From Octopus vulgaris (lineage: Eukaryota): a DNA stretch of 64,000 nt. Position 1 is the stretch's first letter. Each line of letters begins with the position of its first letter. Both the position numbers and the translations under genes were made by a program. The DNA lies in the NCBI GenBank assembly GCA_951406725.2, contig OX597828.1:23932001-23996000 (forward strand), given 5' to 3'. Under the pieces are notes generated by a model that had not been told where the DNA came from, ran no database searches, and worked only from the letters and a program-made list of their open reading frames with translations. Shown in pieces: positions 55,805 to 64,000 of the stretch.

Positions 55805-56075
55805 TGCGTATTGGGGTCGATCTTATCGACTGGCCCCCTACCCAAATATTTCAGGCCTCGTGCCTACAGTAGAAAACAAACGTTAGCATGCCGGGCGAAA
55901 TGCTTAGCAGTATTTCGTCTGACTTTTTGTTGAGTTCAAATTCCGCCGAGATCGATTTTACCTTTAAAGTTTTCGGGGTCGATAAATTGTTGTACCAGTT
56001 TCGTACAGGGGTCAGTCTAATCGACTGGACCACATCCCCCCAAAATTTCTGGACTTGTGCCTAGAAGAGAAAAGA
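55805..56075 (+). mobile_element. SINE family C (tail plus monomer)
   Basis: Family motifs. Confidence 0.85.
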
Positions 56076-56362
56076 ATAACATTTAAGGACATTGTTTAAC
56101 AAGAGGTATACTTTACTACAATATCAGGAATCTGTTTATGCTGAGATACCAAGAAAGACTCTGAAGGTCACTCTGATCTACTGGATAATTGTTGTAACAA
56201 CGTCTGCTCTGTTTTTCTATGGTTTTGGTACGTATTGTTTCTATCTTGTGCTATAATCAGCCCTCCCCAGCGAGTTACCCTGGAGTCATTTCCTGTTTAG
56301 TGAGCGAAGAGAAGGCTGGAGAACAGGTTTCACTGGATTGAATGTAGCTAGCAACAATCTGA

Positions 56363-56404
<42 letters not shown>

Positions 56405-56871
56405 TACACATGCACACACGCACACACACATGCACCCACGTGCGCGCGTGCACACACACGCACCGCTACAGACTCATACACATGCAAGCACACGCACAAA
56501 CGCGCGCAGACACACGCACACAAACACTCAGACACACGCACACGCACGCATACACACCTGCGCACATACGCGCACACACGCACTCACACCTACACACAGA
56601 CACACTCAAACGTGCACACACATACATGCATACACAGACACACACGCACTCACACGCGCACAAACAATCACACACACAAACACAAACAAACGCACTCACG
56701 CACACGCACACACACACACACACATACACACACACAAGCGCACACACCCACACACACACACGCAGACACACAGACAGACGTACAAAATGATACAAAACCA
56801 AAAAGGAAATAATTCACCGTAACGAAAATGTGACGCAGCGTGAAGCGAGTATCAGCATTATGAGAAACACA

Positions 56872-57270
56872 AGGCGGAGCTGGCAGAAACGTTAGCAGGC
56901 CGGGCGAAATGAGTTCAAATCCCGCCGAGGTTGACTTCGCCTTTTATCCTTTCAGTGTCGATAAATTAAGTACCAATCACGCACTGGGGTCGATGCAATC
57001 AATTTAATCCGTTTGTCTGTCCTTGTTTGTCCCCTCCATGTTTAGCCCCTTGTGGGCAATAAAGAAATAAGAAACGTTAGCAACGCCGGGCGCAATGCTC
57101 AGCGGTATTTCGTCTGTCTTAACGTTCTGAGTTGAAATTCCACCGAGGTCAACTTTGCCTTTCATCCTTATGGAGTCAATATATTAAGTACCATTTGCGT
57201 ACTGGGGTTGATCTAATCGACTGGCCCCACACCCCAAGAAATTTCAGGCCTTTGCCTAGAATAGAAAAGA
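56872..57270 (+). mobile_element. SINE family C dimer
   Basis: Two units, each with a head remnant. Confidence 0.85.
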
Positions 57271-58906
57271 TTATTAGAAATATGAGCCAAAGAACCACAG
57301 AAAGTATATTTTCTGTATACTAAAAGGGGAGACAACCTCCGCACCGCAATTGAGACGCTGTAGATTGGGATGTACGTTTTGCATGAAATTTTATGCAAAT
57401 CAGTAATACGCGTTCACGCTCATGCACATATATAGCTTACATGTCTGAGAAGATATACGTGCTCCCTTCGTCGAGAGAGACACGTGCACACTGTGACATT
57501 TAAATATATACAAATGAGTAGTGTCATAATTTTAAACGCTTAATTTCCACTCACTTCGCGTATTGTGCATATCCGTATAAAGTATCTAAATATATACACT
57601 CGTATATGTTTGTAAATGTATACGGATATACAAGCACATACATATAGAATTATGTCAATAAGTAGAGAGGTAGGCATATAAATGAATAGCTATATCACTA
57701 GATGAAGAAATTGGTAGATAGAATATAGGCATGTACATAGTACACACCCAGATATCTGAGGCGGATATGAAGAGCTCAAACACTAAACGCACGCACTCAC
57801 CCACGCAGCAGTAGCAATCACACCTACTTACTTACGCACACATATACAAACACATTCCTGTTCCCATACATATACATACATACACATATACATACGTTTA
57901 TCTGTATGTACGTACGTATGTATATGTATGTATGTATGTATTTATTTTTTCTATGTAGGTATGTATGTACGTACTTACGTTTGTATGTATGTATGTATGT
58001 ATGTATGTATGTATGTATGTATGTATGTATGGTATGTGCATGTGCGTATCCACGCAGGCAGTGCCGCATGATTTACTAGCAGACACGCCTAGCTTCGATA
58101 TAATAGCAATTTGTTACGATGGGATTTTAAATCGATCGATATTCTATTTTTGGAAATCTATTGATAGCCCAAATACTGCAGCACACATAGATACCATCCC
58201 TATCCTAGAGGAATCAACGCAATCTTTGCGTTGGCGTCGCTGTATGAGTAGGCGGTCTACGTGTCTCTGTGTATATATGCATGTATCTCGCTCTGCAGCA
58301 AACGTCTGCGTGCCTATGTGTGATGGTATGTGTTCACGTGACAATGCATTTTTTTGCGCATGCATGTTTGTGTGTGTGTGTATGCATGTGCATATGTTAG
58401 TGTTAGTGTGTGCGTCTAACCTTTTCTTTCCCTCTCTCTCTCAATCTTTGTTTCTATCTCTCCGTTCCTTTGTATGTGTCTCAAGGAGTTTACTAAGGTG
58501 TTACGAAATTGTGTCCTTGGCATTCCTAACACCCGTGTTCGATCCTACATCTTTGCATTTCCCTGAGTCTCTTTTCTCCTATTCTACTTTATGAAATGAA
58601 TAAAACTGCTAAGTCCTGAAGGTTTATTCACAAAATTTAAATCAGAAACCTTTTCACATAGTGTGTCAAGCTATTTCGCCCTGATGGGTTAATCAAAATT
58701 ACCCCTGACCACACAATACTCAGCCATTTAAATATAGGTTTCAAATTTTGGCACAAGGCCAGCAATTTCGTGGGGGATGTGGATTAATCGATTAATTTGA
58801 ACCAGTGTGTAAATTAGTAGTTACTTTATCGATTCGGAAAAGACGAAAGGTACTATCGACCTTGCGCCAATGTCGACCTTGGCACATTCTTTGAAACTTA
58901 AATATT

Positions 58907-59493
58907 CTTTTCTACACTAGGCACAAAGCCCGAAATGTTTGGCGAGGGTCCATTCGATTAGATCGACCCCAGTGCATAACTGGTACTTAATTTATCGACC
59001 CAGAAAGGATGAAAGACAAAGTCGACCTCGGCGGAATTTGAGCTCAGAATCTAACGACAGACAAAATACCTATTTCTTTACTACCCACAAGGGGCTAAAC
59101 ACAGAGAGGACAAACAAGGACAGACAAACGGATTCAGTAGATTATATCAAACCCAGTGCGTAACTCGTACTTATTTAATCGACCCGAAAGGATAAAAAGC
59201 AAAGTCGACCTCTCGGTGGAGTTTGAACTCAGAACGTAGCGGCAGACGCAATACCTATTTCTATTTCTTTACTATTCAGAAGGGGCTAAACACAGGGGAG
59301 ACAAACAAGGACAGACAAACGGATTAAGTCGATTACATCGACCCAAGTGCGTAACTGGTACTTTATTTATCGACCCCGAAAGGATGAAAGGCAAAGTCGA
59401 CCTCGGCGGAATTTGAACTCAGAACGTAAAGACAGACGAAATACTGCTAAGCGTTTAGCCCGGCGTGCTAACGTTTCTGCCAGCATACTGCCT
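58907..59493 (-). mobile_element. SINE family C trimer with 17-bp TSD
   Basis: TTTGAAACTTA(A/G)ATATT at 58890-58906 and 59494-59510. Three body units and one head. Confidence 0.9.
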
Positions 59494-59607
59494 TTTGAAA
59501 CTTAGATATTATGATATAAATATATCGTATGTAGTTCAATTGACCAAACAATTAAATGACCATTGATGAAAGTGACGAAGTACCTGAAAAGCGTGTTTGA
59601 GTGTACG

Positions 59608-59847
59608 TATAGTAATCCCTTGCCATATCGCGATTCACTTATCGCGGTTTATTATTTAAGCTTACGTAGATTCCTCAGTGGTGTTGTTATGCATTTATAA
59701 TAAAATAAATATACAAAAATTAGGAAAATAATTTTTAAAGATATATATATATATTACAATACTGTTTTACTTCGCGGATTTTCACCTATCGCGGGGTGTG
59801 TCTGTGTGTTGGAACGTAACACACGTGATAATCGAAGCATTGCTGTA
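59608..59847. mobile_element. Tigger/pogo-like MITE
   Basis: TA-TAGTAATCCCTTGCCATATCGCG ... CGTGATAATCGAAGCATTGCTG-TA: degenerate TIRs with TA flanks. Confidence 0.65.
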
Positions 59848-59931
59848 TTTAATTTTGTATACAATTATATATAATCATATGCGTACATGTGCTTTTCCCA
59901 TCAATACCTTTATGATTTTTTTTTCAGTATA

Positions 59932-60350
59932 TAGGAGTAGGAGTGGTTGTGTGGTAAGTAGCTTCTTTACGAACCACATGGTTCCGAGTTCATTCCCACT
60001 GCATGGATACTTGGGCAAGTGTCTTCTACTACAGACTCGGGCCGACTAAAGCCTTGTGAGTGTATTTGGTAGACGGGAACTGAAAGAAGCCCGTTCTATA
60101 TATGTATATATATATGTACGTGTGTGTATACGTTTGAGTGTCTGTGTTTGTCCTCCCCTCCCCACCAACATCACTTGACAACGGATGCTGGTGTGTTTAC
60201 GTCCCCGTAACTTAGCGGTTCGGCAAAAGAGACCGATAGAATAAGTACTAGGCTTACAAAGTCCTGGAGTTGATTTGCTCGACTAAAGGCGGTGCTCCAG
60301 CATAGCCGCAGTCACATGACTGAAACAAGTAAAAGAGTAAAAAGAGTAGA
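59932..60350 (+). mobile_element. SINE family A, full length
   Basis: Matches 27265-27672. Confidence 0.92.
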
Positions 60351-60505
60351 GTATATGTACTTGTGTGTGTGTGTGTGTGTGTGCGTGTGTGGTGTGTGCA
60401 TATCTTTGTATGTGTTTATGTGAAGATGTGCATGCATGTGGTACTTTGTCTCATGGTGTGTTTTTGAATTTGTTGGTGTGTATATGTGAGAATGTGTGTA
60501 TGTGT

Positions 60506-60560
<55 letters not shown>

Positions 60561-60744
60561 TGTGTGCTCCTGACGATATATATTCGTGATTATATGTGCA
60601 TCCTGCACAGGTACTTCTGTGTATCTGTTTGTGCATATTTATCTCTATGAATATGCGTACCCCTGTTTACTGATGTGTCTCTGTCTTCATGCCCCTCTTT
60701 CTCTCTGTCTCATTGTGTGTGTGAGTGTGTTTGTGTGTGTGTGC

Positions 60745-60778
<34 letters not shown>

Positions 60779-61134
60779 TTGTGTGTATGTGTGTGTGTGT
60801 GTGCCAGTGTGCATAGTGTTTATTCTTTGTTATTTTGATTTCTCTTCCTTGTGCAATTTTTTCTAACGGAAGAGATCTAATTAAAAGATTATTTCCATTG
60901 TTAATGTGTTTAATAATGATTTCTAATAATAGAACGACGCACGGCTGCCGGTGCGCTTGTGACAATCGTCAAACCGTCAAAACAAAATACCTCACAGTAT
61001 TTTAGTCACGATGGAAAATAATACCTATGTTCCTTCACAAGGACTCCGACGTCTAATGGGTAGAAGAGAGCTAAATACAATCCAGAAACCATCAACGATT
61101 GCTTTCGACAGTCTAGATTCTGCAAAATGAAAAC

Positions 61135-61405
61135 CCTTGGTTTAGTGGTTCGGCTCATAATCATAAGGTCATGAGTTCGATACCCGACGCTACATTATAT
61201 CCTTGACGCTGTATTTCACATTGCTCTAGTTCACTCTGGATCATAAATTGAAGAGTTCTTTTATATCAAAGCGCCAGCCTTGTCACATTCAATGTCAAGC
61301 CGAACCTCCTTTAGAACAATGTTAAGAACTGCGTATCTATGGAGTACTCTGCCACTTGCATGTTATTTCACGAGAAGGCTTTTCTGTTCATCGGAGCATC
61401 TGGGA
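61135..61405 (+). mobile_element. SINE family D-like (degraded)
   Basis: Head plus GCCAGCCTTGTCACATTC body, as at ~33813. Confidence 0.6.
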
Positions 61406-61949
61406 CATTTTTCACTTTTTTTTTTTTGTAACATTCTGCAAAATGCATCCAAGATGTTAAACGGTACTTACTGTTCTTCACCTTTACAGTTCATATCCCG
61501 CTAGGACTAACCCTACCTTACTTATTCCCGGAACCGATAAAATAAAATACTTTGGACGATAAAATCCATTACGCCAGTTCACCAAACTTTGGGTTCTTGT
61601 CCTTAAAGAAGATAATAACTTTAAGTGAGGACAACATAATTAAAGTCAGTATGATTCATTGGATTTTCAGAAAACATACCACCCGTGACTCACGTAACGC
61701 TTCGATTGCGTACTGTATGATTGATGCCATCTAATAAAGAGAGACAAAGACAATATTACAAAAATTCGACCCCAGAGAAGCGAAGAAAGGAGCATCGGCA
61801 TAATCTCGTAATTTATGTTCAGTGCATAGAAAAGATTACCTGGGTTAGAGAGTACTTCACAAGTATTCGTTGTTTCGATAACCCACGAATGACGACAACG
61901 ACGACGATGATGATGCCTATGACTGTGATGATGATTCAGAGGCCATTTG

Positions 61950-62208
61950 AGTAAGAACGTAACGGCAGATGAAATACCTATTTCTTTACTACCCACAAGG
62001 GGCTAAACGCAGAGAGGACAAACAAGGACAGACAAACGGATTAAGATGATTATATCCACCCCAGTGCGTAATTGGTACTTTATTTATCGACCCCGAAAGG
62101 ATGAAAGGCAAAGTCGATGTCGGGGAAATTGAACTCAGAACGTAACGGCAGATGAAATACCGCTAAGCAAATTGCCCGGTGTGCTAATAATTCTGCCAGC
62201 TCACCGTC
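61950..62208 (-). mobile_element. SINE family C
   Basis: Homologous to 59230-59490. Confidence 0.85.
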
Positions 62209-62224
62209 TTAGTAGTATTAGTAT

Positions 62225-62257
<33 letters not shown>

Positions 62258-62264
62258 CAGTAGC

Positions 62265-62322
<58 letters not shown>

Positions 62323-63559
62323 ATAATAATAATAATAATAATTGCTGTTTTGTTGATACTGCTATTTCTGCTCTTGCTTCTTGACTCCAGGTACGCCCTA
62401 ATCGATCAAGCTTTCCTTTAGCTAAATCGTTTGTAGTGGAGATCATCTCAGGTATATTTCCTCCTTTTTCCACCCATTGTTTCTCATAATACATCGCACA
62501 ATGATGCCTTGCTTGTTTCAAGAGAAGAATTTGGTTTTATTGACAGTTGTTTGGTTGCTCTTGAAGATCGAACAACCATGCATAGGTTCCGAGTTCAGTT
62601 GTCTGCGAACACACCCATTATCTAGGACGTTCTAACCATGACTAACCCGTGTAATTTGAAACTCAATCGTCATTGTGCGTCTATGTATTTCCTCTTTTTA
62701 AAGAGTATTGTGTGCTATTCGACAGAAATTTAGCTGAGAATACTCCCAGGTCAGATTAATGACTAGCAATTTCTTCATTGAATAGTCAACTCAAGGTCTT
62801 ATTTCTGGTGGTTCTTGTAATGGATAAATTCATTATATTGATTATATTGATCACGGTGCTTTAATGGCATATTTTTATTGATACCAAACGCAAGAAAATC
62901 AATCAAGATTTCCTATAATTTGAGAAGTCGGCAAATGACTATGAAAGCATGAGATCAAATCATCCAATTTAGAAATCATTAGCAGATTAGTGAAAATAAA
63001 GTTACAAATAACTGACGGTGCTGGGTGGATTTTTCACGATCGGTAGGCTATCCGATATAAAAACTTGTCGATATTTTCCGTTTAGAGTTTAAATGCATCT
63101 TTGAAGCTTTTGAGATTGAGGAATTAAAAAAAAATAGCGATGTAATCGACTCCACAATTTTGTGGTCATGTAGCTATGCTGGATGCACCCTGGTGTATTA
63201 TTTTATTGTCACGATATATCTTCGAATGTTACGCTTTTACCAAGCCTAAAGTGTGTTGGAGCAATCGTTGGAGCATATGCCAAAACATCTTGCGTGAATT
63301 CTTCCGGTTCTTTACGTTGTGAGTTTAAACTCTACCGAGGTGAAATTTACAGTTCAGCATTCCCTTCGGCTAATTAAATTCAGCCGATATTAAAATTTCT
63401 CGACCAAAGAAATCCATCAGTCAATGATTGAGTGCGATGTGATGTGACTAATTTCCTCCCCTCAAATTTACTTGTATCCAAATTCATAGTTTCAAATTTT
63501 GCCACTAGGGCAGCAATTCTGGGCTGGGGAGTGGATGAGTCAATGACATCGACCCCAGT

Positions 63560-64000
63560 GTTCTGCCGTTACGTTCTGAGTTCAAATTACCCCGAGGTCG
63601 ACTTTGCCTTTCATCCTTTCGGGGTCGATAAATAAAGTAACAGTTACGCACTGGGGTCGATATAATCGACTTAATCCGTATGTTTGTCCTTGTTTGTCTC
63701 CCCTGTGTTTAGCCCCTTGTGAGTAGTAAAGAAATAGAAATAGGTATTGCGTCTGCCGCTAGGTTCTGAGTTCATATTCCGCCGAGGTCGACCTCACCTT
63801 TCATCCTTTCGGGGTCGATTAAATAAGTACGAGTTACGCACTGGAGTCGATATAATCGACTTAATCCGTTTGTCTGTCCTTGTTTGTCCCCCTCTGTGTG
63901 TAGCCCCCTTGTGGGTAGTAAAGAAATAGAAATAGGTATTTCATCTGTCTTTACGTTCTGAGTTCAAATTCCGCCGAGGTTGACATTGTCTTTCATTCTT
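63560..64000 (+). mobile_element. SINE family C tandem array (at least 3 units, ~185 bp period; runs off the window)
   Basis: GTTCTGAGTTCA.ATT.C.CCGAGGT.GAC at ~63574, ~63763 and ~63955. Confidence 0.9.

Noticed and set aside
63560-64000. CRISPR-like repeated motif
   Set aside because: Whole ~185-bp units repeat, with no unique spacers and no cas genes. This is a SINE array in a eukaryote.

Overview
AT-rich eukaryotic non-genic (intergenic or intronic) DNA. The SINE families and the microsatellite load suggest an octopus-type cephalopod; this is an inference from repeat recognition. No intact host gene is supported, and most listed ORFs are microsatellite artefacts. The window is a mosaic of microsatellites, at least four tRNA-derived SINE families, decayed LINEs (Dong/R4-type RLE elements in (TAA)n, a CR1-group RT, a Penelope-like RT, a possible L1/Tx1 piece), Tc1/mariner, Tigger-like and piggyBac-like relics, and a non-autonomous Helitron. 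The most notable signal is a set of type I minimal hammerhead ribozyme (HHR) motifs, several inside long inverted repeats. Two are canonical (5406-5448 +, 19179-19225 -). Several hammerhead-shaped variants have the C3-G8 tertiary pair replaced by G3-C8, U3-A8 or A3-U8.
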